Positions 35,474 through 45,246 of a DNA stretch of 64,000 bases are shown piece by piece. The position numbers and the translations under genes are program-made. Each line of letters begins with the position of its first letter. Positions within the stretch are counted from its first letter, which is position 1. Origin of the DNA: Candidatus Latescibacterota bacterium. GTDB taxonomy: Bacteria > Latescibacterota > UBA2968 > GCA-2709665. Location: positions 3,648,001 to 3,712,000 of the forward strand of contig OZ220733.1 of NCBI GenBank assembly GCA_965116875.1, in the 5' to 3' direction. The notes below the pieces were generated by a model. That model did no database searches. It was not told the DNA's origin and worked only from the letters and a program-made list of their open reading frames with translations.

Positions 35474-36235
35474 TCACCCTCTTACGGCTTCGACCATGTT
35501 GCGGCAGCCGTGGAGGTAGATGCCGGTGTCTACCGACAGAGCGATGTATCGCACGCCGGCGTCGATCCAGCGTTTCGCCGCGTCGGGGCTGTCTGCAAAG
35601 GTACCCACGGTGAGTCCGGCCTTATTGATCTCAACGGTAGCCTCTCGCATACGGTCCACCACGCGCGGATCGCTCACCTGTCCCGGGATACCCAGTGACT
35701 GGGAGAGGTCGTAAGGACCCAGGAAGACCACGTCCAGGCCGGGTACGGCGATGATCGCGTCCAGGTTTTCCAGGCCCTCCACGCCTTCCACGTGGATCAG
35801 GACCATGGACTCCCTGTTCAGGCGCTCGAAGATCTGTCCGCCTTCCGCGAAGTACCGGGCCGCGCGGGTGTAGGGCGAAACGCCCCGCATCCCCAGCGGC
35901 GCGTACTTCGCCGCCTCCACGAGCGACTCGGCGTCGGAACGGGTGCGTATCTGCGGGACCTGGACGCCCTCCGGGCCGATGTCCAGCGCCCGGAGCACCT
36001 GGGGCGGGTCGTTTTCCCGGACGCGCACGATCGGGGATATCCCGGCGCCCTTCGCCACGCGGCACAGGTTCTCGGTGGTCTCGATGTCCAGCGGACCGTG
36101 TTCGGTGTCCAGGATGACGAAGTCAAAGCCGGCGTACGCGGCGATTTCGACGAGGGCGCCGGATGCGAGGTTGACAAAGGGGCCCAGGACGACTTCGCCG
36201 GCGTTCAGTTTGGCTTTCAGGCTGATTTCAGACAT
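35474..36235 (-). CDS. HpcH/HpaI aldolase family protein
   Basis: GFDFVILDTEHG, PIVRV, YAPLGMRG, FLGPYDLS. Confidence 0.92.
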   Translation of the reverse strand: MSEISLKAKLNAGEVVLGPFVNLASGALVEIAAYAGFDFVILDTEHGPLDIETTENLCRVAKGAGISPIVRVRENDPPQVLRALDIGPEGVQVPQIRTRSDAESLVEAAKYAPLGMRGVSPYTRAARYFAEGGQIFERLNRESMVLIHVEGVEGLENLDAIIAVPGLDVVFLGPYDLSQSLGIPGQVSDPRVVDRMREATVEINKAGLTVGTFADSPDAAKRWIDAGVRYIALSVDTGIYLHGCRNMVEAVRG

Positions 36236-36338
36236 GGCGCATCTCCGCGACAGGGGTCGGATCTTTGGAACGGTTGAATCGTCAAATATAGCCCGCCACC
36301 GAAAACGTGTAAAGCGGAAAGCCCCGGCGCCGGGCCGC

Positions 36339-36367
36339 TTGACATTCGAACGCCGCATCCGTATATA
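36339..36367 (+). promoter_or_regulatory. Sigma70 promoter
   Basis: TTGACA-N17-TATATA. Confidence 0.6.
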
Positions 36368-36402
36368 TGAGGCATGAAATCTGCAGCGGGAAGGAGGCCG
36401 GA

Positions 36403-36531
36403 ATGAACACCGATCTGCGAGAATTCGCATTACGCCTTAAAGTCATCGAGATTCTCAAAAGATACTGCTGGGTACGGCACCAGCTGAGGGTCATTCAACT
36501 CTGGAAGAAACTCTACATCCATCCGAATTGA
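36403..36531 (+). CDS. Small protein, 42 aa (not in ORF track)
   Basis: AAGGAGG-N5-ATG; MNTDLREFALRLKVIEILKRYCWVRHQLRVIQLWKKLYIHPN; promoter before and terminator after. Confidence 0.7.
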   Translation: MNTDLREFALRLKVIEILKRYCWVRHQLRVIQLWKKLYIHPN

Positions 36532-36554
36532 CTTATGCGAATCGAATGCTGATC

Positions 36555-36590
36555 AGGCGCCCGGGCGGAGACGGTCCGGGCGCCTTTCTA
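36555..36590 (+). terminator. Terminator after the small ORF
   Basis: AGGCGCCCGGGC...GTCCGGGCGCCT followed by TTCT. Confidence 0.65.
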
Positions 36591-36707
36591 TTGTCCGGGA
36601 CATCGGTCGAGCGGCCGTTGGGAGACGCCGGTTCCCAACACGGGCACATCCCATCGAGATGATTTGGGTTGATCGTCATCCGTCGATTCGTTAGATTTCC
36701 GGCCGAT

Positions 36708-37382
36708 ATGGCTTCCGGACAGGACAGGATTCGCGAGGTTTTCGACCGGTTGATGGATGCTTTCGGACCCCAGGGCTGGTGGCCGGCGGAAATCCCGTTC
36801 GAAACCATGGTCGGGGCCATATTGACGCAGAATACGGCCTGGACGAACGTGGAACGAGCGATGGGCAGGCTCAAGGGCGCCGGTGCGCTGGATGCCGGGA
36901 CCATGCTCGATATGCCCGAAGTCGAACTGCAAACCCTCATCCGCCCCGCGGGTACCTTCCGCGTAAAGGCCAGGAGGCTGAAGGCATTTCTGGCGTACTT
37001 TGTTTCCGAGTACGGCGCCGACGTTTCACGGATGGCGGACGTCCCCGCAGGGCGTCTGCGCGAGGAACTGCTGTCGGTAAACGGGATCGGACCCGAAACC
37101 GCGGACTGCATCCTGCTGTATGCGCTTGATAAGCCGAGTTTTGTGGTGGATGCATACACGCGGCGGGTTTTCGGACGACTGGGACTGCTGGACCCGAGGC
37201 TCGACTATCACGACATACAGCGCAAGTTTCAGGCCGCGGTGCCCGTAGATGCCGAGGTCTTCAACGAGTATCATGCGCTGATCGTGGCGCTGGGCAAGAA
37301 GGTGTGCCTGCCAATGCCCCGGTGTGGACAGTGCGTGTTGAACGCGATTTGTGAAACGGGAGGAACGAATGGCCAGGTTTGA
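36708..37382 (+). CDS. Endonuclease III-related HhH-GPD DNA glycosylase
   Basis: WWPA, GAILTQNTAWTNV, GIGPETADCILLY, VVDAYTRR, 4Fe-4S Cys motif. Confidence 0.9.
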   Translation: MASGQDRIREVFDRLMDAFGPQGWWPAEIPFETMVGAILTQNTAWTNVERAMGRLKGAGALDAGTMLDMPEVELQTLIRPAGTFRVKARRLKAFLAYFVSEYGADVSRMADVPAGRLREELLSVNGIGPETADCILLYALDKPSFVVDAYTRRVFGRLGLLDPRLDYHDIQRKFQAAVPVDAEVFNEYHALIVALGKKVCLPMPRCGQCVLNAICETGGTNGQV

Positions 37383-38193
37383 GCTGTGTTTCAATACCAG
37401 TACGGTCAAGCCCGCGTCCCTGGACGAGAAGATCCGCGCGGCGGGCGACGCGGGTTATGATTCGATTGAACTCTGGAACGACGACCTCACGGAATGGGAA
37501 CGGGGCGGTGGGACGTTGTCCGACATCAGACTGATGCTGGATGACCACAATCTCACGGTGCCCGACGTGGTCCATCTTTCCGGTTGGATGGACGCGGAGG
37601 ATTCGGTTTTCGAGTCAGAGCTTCTCGCGGAGGCCCGGCGGCGGATGGAACAGGGCGTGGCTGTCGGCGCGGCGCGCATCATAGCCGGACCCACGCTCGG
37701 TCGGGCGGACCTGAACCTGGCCGCGGACCGTTATTGCAGGCTGATGGAACTGGGGCAGGAGGTTGGATGTCTGCCCGCACTCGAATTCCTGGGCTTCGTG
37801 GAGCACGTCAATAACGTCGACGTGTTGATGGAGATCGTTTCGCTCACGGACCATCCGGGAACCACGGTGGTGATGGACGCGTTCCACATCTATCGCGGCG
37901 GCGGGCGGGACGAGGATATCCTGAAAGTGCCGGGGGCGCAGGTGTCCATTTTCCATATTGACGATGCGCCGCGAACGGACCGCCCGAGGGAAGCGCTTGC
38001 GGACGGTGACCGGGTGTATCCCGGCGACGGGATTCTGGACCTGCGAAAGATGCTGGAGATGCTGGCCTCGCAGGGATTTTCCGGCCCGGTGTCGCTGGAA
38101 CTGTTCAATGAAGACCTCTGGCGACAGGACCCGGGCGAAGTGGCCCGGGTGGGCGCGGAGAAGGTGAGACGACTGATCGAGACCGTGGAATGA
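37369..38193 (+). CDS. Sugar phosphate isomerase/epimerase
   Basis: AGYDSIELW, LEFLG, DAFH, HIDD, RVYPGDG, SLELFN. Confidence 0.88.
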   Translation: MARFELCFNTSTVKPASLDEKIRAAGDAGYDSIELWNDDLTEWERGGGTLSDIRLMLDDHNLTVPDVVHLSGWMDAEDSVFESELLAEARRRMEQGVAVGAARIIAGPTLGRADLNLAADRYCRLMELGQEVGCLPALEFLGFVEHVNNVDVLMEIVSLTDHPGTTVVMDAFHIYRGGGRDEDILKVPGAQVSIFHIDDAPRTDRPREALADGDRVYPGDGILDLRKMLEMLASQGFSGPVSLELFNEDLWRQDPGEVARVGAEKVRRLIETVE

Positions 38194-39194
38194 ATGCGCA
38201 AAGCCGCGACATGGTAACCGTTGGCAAAACGGCGATCCCCGGATCGACCGTACTTGCGCCCCTGGCCGGTGTCACGGACCGTTCTTTCCGGCTGCTGTGC
38301 CGTGAGCAGGGAGCGGGTCTGGCCGTGACGGAGATGGTGAGCGCCAAAGGCCTGGCGGACGGCAGCGAACGTTCGAGCCGGTACCTGGACTTCGACGGAG
38401 ACGAGCATCCGATTTCCGTGCAGATATTCGGTTCCGAACCCGAAGAAATGGCCGAAGGCGCGCGGGTGGCGGCCGAGCGCAATCCCGATATGCTGGACAT
38501 CAATTGCGGTTGTCCCGTGAAGAAGATCGTGAACCGGCGCGCGGGCGCGGCCCTGTTGAAGGACCCGTCGCGGCTGGGCAGGATCGTATCGGCGATGGCG
38601 CGGGCGGTCTCCATCCCGGTTACGTTGAAGATGCGCAGCGGATGGGACGATGCGGAAAGGGCATCCGACGTCGCGCGCCTGGCCGAGGACATGGGCGCCG
38701 CCGCGATTGCCGTGCATGGCCGGACGCGCCAGGCCGGCTTCTCGGGCCGGGCGGACTGGGACGTGATCCGGGAAGTATCCGAAGCCGTATCGATTCCCGT
38801 CATCGGCAACGGAGACGTCAGGGACCCGCTGGCGGCGAAAGACATGATGGAGCAGACCGGATGTGATCTCGTGATGGTGGGCCGATGGGCAATTGGCGAT
38901 CCGTGGCTGTTCGGACGGATCGAGCATTATCTGACGACCGGTGTGATGCCGGCCGCGCCGACCGCGGGCGAACGGGTGAGGATGGCGGTCCGGCACCTGC
39001 GACTCTCGGTACAAAGCAAGGGGCTGCCCGCCGGGGTCCGTGAGATGAGAAGGCACCTGGCCGCGTATATCAAGGGGATCGACGGCGCGTCGGCGTATCG
39101 GCGCGAATTGATGACGGAGGACGACCCGGATGCGGTCGAAGCGATTCTGAGCGCCATCCGTCTGAATGCAGAGGAGGTATCGGGTGAGGCCTGA
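38190..39194 (+). CDS. dusB: tRNA-dihydrouridine synthase B
   Basis: LAPLAGVTD, TEMVS, QIFG, DINCGCP, VHGRTR, PVIGNGD. Confidence 0.92.
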   Translation: MNAQSRDMVTVGKTAIPGSTVLAPLAGVTDRSFRLLCREQGAGLAVTEMVSAKGLADGSERSSRYLDFDGDEHPISVQIFGSEPEEMAEGARVAAERNPDMLDINCGCPVKKIVNRRAGAALLKDPSRLGRIVSAMARAVSIPVTLKMRSGWDDAERASDVARLAEDMGAAAIAVHGRTRQAGFSGRADWDVIREVSEAVSIPVIGNGDVRDPLAAKDMMEQTGCDLVMVGRWAIGDPWLFGRIEHYLTTGVMPAAPTAGERVRMAVRHLRLSVQSKGLPAGVREMRRHLAAYIKGIDGASAYRRELMTEDDPDAVEAILSAIRLNAEEVSGEA

Positions 39195-39960
39195 GCAGGT
39201 CCGGCACGTACTGGAGGCGGTTCGCGGGAACGAACTGGACGTGGACAGCGCGATGGATCGGTTAAAGAATCTGCCGTTTGAAGACCTGGGGTTCGCGCAC
39301 GTGGACCATCACCGGGCAATGCGGCAGGGGTTCCCCGAGGTGATTTTCTGCCAGGGCAAGACCGCCGAACAGGTGGTGGAAATCGCACGCCGGATTTCGG
39401 ACGCGGGCTCCACGCTTCTGGCAACCCGGGCCGACCGCGCTCACGCGGACGCGGTTCGTTCCGCGTTGCCGGGGGTGGATGACAACCCCGTCGCGAGAAC
39501 GTTGCTGTTACACGGTCGTACTCGGGGCGACGTCGCAACGGTGGGCGAGGTCCTCGTCATTTCGGCGGGAACGTCCGATCTTCCGGTTGCGGAAGAAGCG
39601 GTCGTGACGGCAGAGGCGATGGGAAGCCGGGTGAAGAAGCTGTACGACGTGGGTGTCGCGGGGATTCACCGGTTGTTCGCCTACAGGGAACAAATCGATC
39701 GGGCGGCGGCGATTGTGGTTGTGGCGGGAATGGAGGGCGCGTTGCCGTCGGTCGTGGGTGGTCTTGTGGGAGTACCCGTGATTGCGGTGCCCACCAGCGT
39801 GGGCTATGGCGCGAGCTTTGGCGGACTCGCCGCGTTGCTGGGTACGTTGAATTCCTGTGCGCCCGGCGTTGCGGTGGTGAATATCGACAATGGATTCGGC
39901 GCCGGTTTTTTCGCGGGTCTCGTCACGCGCGCGCAGGGCCATGGAACGGATGGATCGTAG
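39184..39960 (+). CDS. larB: Nickel pincer cofactor biosynthesis protein LarB
   Basis: DHHRAMRQGFPE, AGTSDLPVAEEA, DVGVAGIHRL, AGMEGALPS, PTSVGYG, VNIDNGFGA. Confidence 0.94.
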   Translation: MRPEQVRHVLEAVRGNELDVDSAMDRLKNLPFEDLGFAHVDHHRAMRQGFPEVIFCQGKTAEQVVEIARRISDAGSTLLATRADRAHADAVRSALPGVDDNPVARTLLLHGRTRGDVATVGEVLVISAGTSDLPVAEEAVVTAEAMGSRVKKLYDVGVAGIHRLFAYREQIDRAAAIVVVAGMEGALPSVVGGLVGVPVIAVPTSVGYGASFGGLAALLGTLNSCAPGVAVVNIDNGFGAGFFAGLVTRAQGHGTDGS

Positions 39961-39963
39961 CCG

Positions 39964-41418
39964 CTACCGGCGTCCCAGGCCGAGGCGGTTCTCGATGGAA
40001 AAGGGGCGTCCGTCCGTATCCGCGAGCGGTCGCGCCGGGAACGAGCCTTTCGTTTTGAGACTGAAAACGACCAGAAAGAGCAGCGCAACGGGTACGGCGA
40101 GCAGGTCTGCCGGCAGGTTCGGCGCCAGATAGATGAGGCAGATCCAGGCGATGAAGCCCGAACCCATGGATGCGAGCGCGCCGGGCAGATTGGACCTGGG
40201 CCACCAGATACCGGCGGTGAGCGGCACGAAGAGGGTGGCCAGAAGGATCGACCACGAATTTACCATCAGCGTGTAGACGGTATTGTGCGCCAGCGCCAGG
40301 TAGAGGGCGATCATCCCCAGAAGAGGGACGCTGACGCGGCAGATCCTGAGAATGGAACGTTCGTCGGCGTCCGGACGGACGTAACGGGCCAGGTCCCATC
40401 CAATCACGCTGGCAGGGGCGAGCAGGGCGCTGTCCGCGCTGCTCATCAGGGCGGATACGAGAGCGCCCAGGAATACCGCCATCGCCAGGGGCGAGAGGTA
40501 TTTCATGCCCAGCTGCATCATGATCATATCCGGGTCGGCGATGTTGGGAAAGATGAGGGTCCCGGCGATGCCGAGAAAGACCGGCAGCAGCCCCACCGTG
40601 AGATAGAGCGCACCGGCAAGGTAGGCGCTGTTCTGTGCGACGGTCTCGCTCCTGCTGGAAAGGCTGCGCTGAATCAGATCCTGACCCGCCAGATTCCCAA
40701 GGCCGATGACCAGCCAGTCCCGGGCGTAGGCGAACCAGCCGGGCGCGCCGGCGTCACGCGGATACATGTAGAACCGTTCTTCCGGAATACGCGCGCTGAT
40801 GGCCGACCAGCCTCCCATATCGTTCAGCAGCAGCGGCGTGATAACCAGAAGCCCCACCGTCAATACGGCAACCTGGATGGAGTCCGTCAGCGTGACCGCC
40901 CACATGCCCCCCGCGGTCGTGTACACCAGGACGATAGCCGCGCCGATACAGATGCCCAGGGTGGGGTCGAGTCCGGTAAGCGACTGGATTACCCGCCCGA
41001 AGGCGACCATGAGAGACGCCACCCAACCCAGATACGCGGGAATGGTGCACAGTGCGGCGACAGCGCCGGCGGAGGGCCCGAAGCGGCTTTCGAAAAAGCC
41101 CGCGATGGTGGTCAGGCCCATCCTGCGCATGATCCTGACGTAGAAGAGTCCCGCCAGAAAGAGGCAGAGGGCCGCGCCGAACGGATCGGCGATAACGCCC
41201 GGAAAACCTTTCTTGTAGGCCTCGCTTGCAGCGCCGATGACGATCCCGCCCCCGAACCACGTGGCCGCCAGGGTCCCCGTGGCCAGCCAGATCCCCAGCC
41301 TCCGTCCCGCAACGATGAAGTCCGCGGAACCCTTGATCCGCCGGCCGGCGTACAGTCCCACCGCGAGCGTCAGCAGGACGTAGATCGAAAGACCGAGGAT
41401 GATAGGAAGGTTGTGCAT
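39964..41418 (-). CDS. Sodium:solute symporter family transporter
   Basis: FIVAGRRL, ATWFGG, QDLIQR, SALMSSADS; about 13 TM. Confidence 0.9.
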   Translation of the reverse strand: MHNLPIILGLSIYVLLTLAVGLYAGRRIKGSADFIVAGRRLGIWLATGTLAATWFGGGIVIGAASEAYKKGFPGVIADPFGAALCLFLAGLFYVRIMRRMGLTTIAGFFESRFGPSAGAVAALCTIPAYLGWVASLMVAFGRVIQSLTGLDPTLGICIGAAIVLVYTTAGGMWAVTLTDSIQVAVLTVGLLVITPLLLNDMGGWSAISARIPEERFYMYPRDAGAPGWFAYARDWLVIGLGNLAGQDLIQRSLSSRSETVAQNSAYLAGALYLTVGLLPVFLGIAGTLIFPNIADPDMIMMQLGMKYLSPLAMAVFLGALVSALMSSADSALLAPASVIGWDLARYVRPDADERSILRICRVSVPLLGMIALYLALAHNTVYTLMVNSWSILLATLFVPLTAGIWWPRSNLPGALASMGSGFIAWICLIYLAPNLPADLLAVPVALLFLVVFSLKTKGSFPARPLADTDGRPFSIENRLGLGRR

Positions 41419-41477
41419 GGCGAATGTCGGTATCCGGCTTCAGGAGTATATGAAGATGATCCGGTGACGTTCCCGGC

Positions 41478-42629
41478 TTACTCGATCCGGTTGTGCTGTT
41501 TCATGATCTCGAGCAGTCGATCCAGCGGGAGTCCCGGCATCGTCCTGTTGTCCCGTCCGGTCATGGTGTCCGCAGCGCAAAGCGCGTTGACGATGGCTTC
41601 TTCGGTCGCCTCCACCGTGGCCTGCAGGAGCGGGTTGAGGCGGCGGTCGCGGAGGGTGTGAACGGTATCCACCATCGCCGGGACCCGCGGGATGCGGCGC
41701 GCGGTGGAGAATGCGAGTGCAAGGTCGCCGCTGCTGGTTCTGGAAAACGTGCCGGTGCGGCTCACGCCCAGTGCGGATCGCTTGCAGAGCCGGCGAAGTT
41801 GAATGGGGATCAATGGCGCATCGGTGGCGATGACGATGACAATGGAGCCGTCGCGGGTCGGCTTGCGCGGCGCCATGGGAAGATGCCGTCCCACGGGAAC
41901 GCCGTCGATGACCAGATTGGCACGGCGGCCGCAGTTTGCCACAACGAGTACGCCCAGGGTATACGCGCCCTGGGCACTGTCAAGTACACGCGACGCGGTT
42001 CCGATGCCGGCCTTGAAGCCATAGGCGCGCATCCCGGTACCGGCGCCCACCGACCCTTCCGGAACCCGTCCGTCCGCCGCGGATTCAATCGCCCGGATGA
42101 CGTGTTCCTCTTTCACGTGGCGGCCCGCAATGTCGTTGAGTCCGCCGTCGTAACATTCGGCCACGACGGGAAGGGGCACGCGCCCCGGATTTTTCTGAAG
42201 CATATAGGCGACAACGCCGCTGTACCCTTCGCCGACGCTCAGCGTGTTCGTCACGACCACCGGCACCTCCAGCAGACCCCGCTCGTTGATCCATTCCATT
42301 CCCGTCATTTCACCGTTGCCGTTGAGCGCTACCGCCGAGGCGAAGACCTGGTTCAGATAGACGTCGTCGGCGTGCGGCACCACCGCGGTGACACCGGTGC
42401 GCACGGGACCCTTTCCAACTTCCAATTCTCCCTCGCCGGTGATCAGGGTGACGTGCCCCACCCGGACGCCGGCGACGTCCGTGATGGCGTTATGCGGGCC
42501 CGGCTTTAGCGCGCCGATGCGGATACCGAGATCCCGTGCGCGGGGCCGCCGGGCATCCGCGGCGCCCATGCAGAGCGCCAGGGTGAGGAGCGTGAGTAAC
42601 GATCGCGCCAGGTATGTGTGAGGATCCAT
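41478..42629 (-). CDS. DmpA/P1 (S58) family aminopeptidase, signal-peptide-like N-terminus
   Basis: NAITDVAGVRVGH, RTGVT, NGNGEMTG, EGSVGAGTG, GSIVIVIATDAPL, ATEEAIVN. Confidence 0.92.
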   Translation of the reverse strand: MDPHTYLARSLLTLLTLALCMGAADARRPRARDLGIRIGALKPGPHNAITDVAGVRVGHVTLITGEGELEVGKGPVRTGVTAVVPHADDVYLNQVFASAVALNGNGEMTGMEWINERGLLEVPVVVTNTLSVGEGYSGVVAYMLQKNPGRVPLPVVAECYDGGLNDIAGRHVKEEHVIRAIESAADGRVPEGSVGAGTGMRAYGFKAGIGTASRVLDSAQGAYTLGVLVVANCGRRANLVIDGVPVGRHLPMAPRKPTRDGSIVIVIATDAPLIPIQLRRLCKRSALGVSRTGTFSRTSSGDLALAFSTARRIPRVPAMVDTVHTLRDRRLNPLLQATVEATEEAIVNALCAADTMTGRDNRTMPGLPLDRLLEIMKQHNRIE

Positions 42630-42677
42630 ATCGCTTGGCTGAGAGTTCCGCACGGCGGAGGGCCGGCTGCCAAAAAC

Positions 42678-43871
42678 TCAACGGATTCGAAACACCGATC
42701 TGAACGAAAAACCGCCGATGGTTGTACCCATCCGGCCGGCCGCGTGGGTCCTGCCCTTCCACACGAAACTGCCGAACGTTCCGAACAACCCCACCAGGAC
42801 CGTGTATGGAATCTGCATGAGTTCCCACACAGGCAATAGAGGGAGGAGGTCCGTCCGGCCGAAGCGTCGCGCGCCTCTCCACACCACGCCCAGGTCCCCC
42901 AGCGTCTTGACCGCCAGACACGACAGGGGGACGCCGACAGCGGATTCCAGTACTCCGAGGACAATTCCGGCGGGTACGAGGAGGTTGATCAGAAAGACAT
43001 TTGCGAGATAGACGGAAAAGACGGGATTCAACGCCGCCATCCGTCGGGCGTTCGATGCCCATCGCCGACGCTGGTTCCAGAAACCGGCGATGGATTCCGC
43101 CCGCCGGGTGCTGACAAAGGTATGAGGGTGGTCTGAAAATGCGGTCTTCGCGCCAGCCCTGCGAAACAACTGAAGCAGGAGAACGTCGTCGCCGGAAGGG
43201 CAGCGGGCAATCTCTTCGAAGCCGTCAACACGTTCGAAGAGGGCTTTCCGATAGCCGAAGTTCTGCCCCGATGCGGCCAGCGGCACGCCGAGGTTGGCCG
43301 CGCCGGCCGATGCGGACATCAGTGCGAGAAAGTCGAAGGCCTGCAGTCGCTCCGCTGGCGTCAGCCGTTCACCGGCGTTTTTTAATTGCGAGAACCCGAT
43401 GACGGCGTCCGCGCCGGTTTCGAGCTGCGATACCATTCCCGAAATCCAGGTGGCCGGTACCGAGCAGTCCGCGTCGGTGGTCAGTATGATCTCGCCCCGC
43501 GACGCCCGGATGCCCTCCGACAGCGGGCGCTTCTTTGCTGCCATGTGCTGAAAGGCGTCGGTGACCTCGATGCCCCGGAAGTGGGGGTAAGCCGTTGCGA
43601 AACGCGTCACGACTTGCGCCGTCCCATCCGTCGAGCCGTCGTCGACGACCACGACTTCGTACCGGTCAGCGGGATAGGTCTGGCTGACCAGTCCCTCGAG
43701 GCAATCACCGATGAACCCGGCTTCGTTTCTGGCCGCAATGACGACCGATACGAACGGATGGGAACCGGCGGGATCGGGTTGGCGTTTTCGGCGTAGACCA
43801 ACCAGAAACGCCAGTGCGGCGCCGAAGTAGAACGCCGTTGATATCAGCAGCAACGCATTGATCAGAGTCAT
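42678..43871 (-). CDS. Glycosyltransferase family 2 (membrane-bound)
   Basis: AARNE, VDDGSTD, TTDADC, SGDD, QRRRW; N- and C-terminal TM segments. Confidence 0.92.
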   Translation of the reverse strand: MTLINALLLISTAFYFGAALAFLVGLRRKRQPDPAGSHPFVSVVIAARNEAGFIGDCLEGLVSQTYPADRYEVVVVDDGSTDGTAQVVTRFATAYPHFRGIEVTDAFQHMAAKKRPLSEGIRASRGEIILTTDADCSVPATWISGMVSQLETGADAVIGFSQLKNAGERLTPAERLQAFDFLALMSASAGAANLGVPLAASGQNFGYRKALFERVDGFEEIARCPSGDDVLLLQLFRRAGAKTAFSDHPHTFVSTRRAESIAGFWNQRRRWASNARRMAALNPVFSVYLANVFLINLLVPAGIVLGVLESAVGVPLSCLAVKTLGDLGVVWRGARRFGRTDLLPLLPVWELMQIPYTVLVGLFGTFGSFVWKGRTHAAGRMGTTIGGFSFRSVFRIR

Positions 43872-44130
43872 AAACACGGAGATTCGAGGGCTGCCGGGGT
43901 TGGATTCAGGACGCAGGGGTCGAAAGAGCGGGTTACGGTCCAGGCGCGAATGATACACGGAGACCGTTGGACAAGATTTATAATAGTTTGTTTTTAATGC
44001 ACTTAACTAAATACATATCCACTACGATTGACGTCGTCGAGTCGGGTTCGCCACACGGGTGAAGCGCGGTCCATTCTCGATGGATTCATGAAAAGAATCT
44101 GGATTGGGTCGTTTTTCGGCTCTTGTGACT

Positions 44131-44161
44131 TTATCCTGTGTATCCTGTCCAACCATGTAAA
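44131..44161. repeat. ATCCTG-type repeat copy
   Basis: TTATCCTGTGTATCCTGTCCAACCATGTAAA matches 25668-25697. Confidence 0.65.
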
Positions 44162-44188
44162 CTCACGCTCTTTGAATCAGGGAGGCGG

Positions 44189-45244
44189 CTACTTCACCTC
44201 TTCGATATCGTAGAACATGCCCTTGATGCCTTCGGAGCAATTGTTGCAGATGGGTACAGCGGACCGGTCCTTGAGAATGGCGTTCCGGAAGCCCGTATAT
44301 GCCTCTCCGGACCAGACGCTGTCGAAGTCCGGGTCCTCCAGCGCATTGCCCAGACCATAGTGCACGTCTTTGTCGAAACAGCAGGGCGACACGGCCCCGT
44401 CCCAATTGACGACGGTACTGTACCAGAGATGCCTGCAGGAATTCGTGATTTTGCCGTTCATCGTCAGCTGGTCCGCGTCGTAAAGGTAGCGGCTGTAGGA
44501 TTCGTCTTCGGGAAGGAAATGTTCCGCTTCCGCATCTGTATAGACCTGGGCCGTTTTCAGCGAGAGCCGGTCCACACCCAGTTCCCGCGCGAGTTTCCGG
44601 GCGGCCTCGATCTCGGCTTCGTTGTGCTTGAAGATGATGAACTGCAGATGAATGACGGGGTGGCCGGCATTCAGCGTCTTCTTGGCCGCGCTCAGAAGCC
44701 GGATCCCGTCCAGCACGCGGTCGAAGTTTCCGCCCACGCGGTATTTGACATAGGATTCCGGGGTCACGCCGTCCAGGGAGACCACGATTTCGTCGAGGCC
44801 GGAGGTGACGATATCCTCCGCATCGCTTCGGCTGCGGATGTAGTGGACATTGGTGCTGGTGATGGTGGGAACGTTGTGCGCTTTCGCCAGACGGACCATG
44901 TCGGTCAGCCGCTTGTTGATGAAGGGTTCGCCCTGGTTCCACAACATCAGCAGCAGGAGGTCCTTCGCCTGTTCCTCGAAGATCCGCTTGAAGGCATCGT
45001 ATTCCATCGTACCCCGGGGCCTTGTCAACCCCCCATTGCCGGATGGACAGAGCGGACACTTGAGGTTGCAGAGGTTGGTGGGCTCCACCATCAGGACGAA
45101 GGGGCGGCCCATCCGGATATCGCGGCCGGCCAGGCGAGAGAGCATGTACGAAGAAACAACCCTGGCCAGGTTCCAGACGCGCCGGGCCGTCAGCGTCCGA
45201 TGGTAACGCGCAACGGTCCCGGGCAACAGTCTGAGTGAGAGCAT
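44189..45244 (-). CDS. Radical SAM protein with SPASM/twitch domain
   Basis: EPTNLCNLKCPLC (CxxxCxxC), GEP, SLDG; C-terminal C...WDGAVSPCCFD...CNNC. Confidence 0.92.
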   Translation of the reverse strand: MLSLRLLPGTVARYHRTLTARRVWNLARVVSSYMLSRLAGRDIRMGRPFVLMVEPTNLCNLKCPLCPSGNGGLTRPRGTMEYDAFKRIFEEQAKDLLLLMLWNQGEPFINKRLTDMVRLAKAHNVPTITSTNVHYIRSRSDAEDIVTSGLDEIVVSLDGVTPESYVKYRVGGNFDRVLDGIRLLSAAKKTLNAGHPVIHLQFIIFKHNEAEIEAARKLARELGVDRLSLKTAQVYTDAEAEHFLPEDESYSRYLYDADQLTMNGKITNSCRHLWYSTVVNWDGAVSPCCFDKDVHYGLGNALEDPDFDSVWSGEAYTGFRNAILKDRSAVPICNNCSEGIKGMFYDIEEVK

Positions 45245-45246
45245 AT

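Noticed and set aside
43975-44025. AT-rich tract as a possible origin, dif or IHF site
   Set aside because: No DnaA boxes or convincing XerC/D arms; more simply a promoter region for the GT2 gene.
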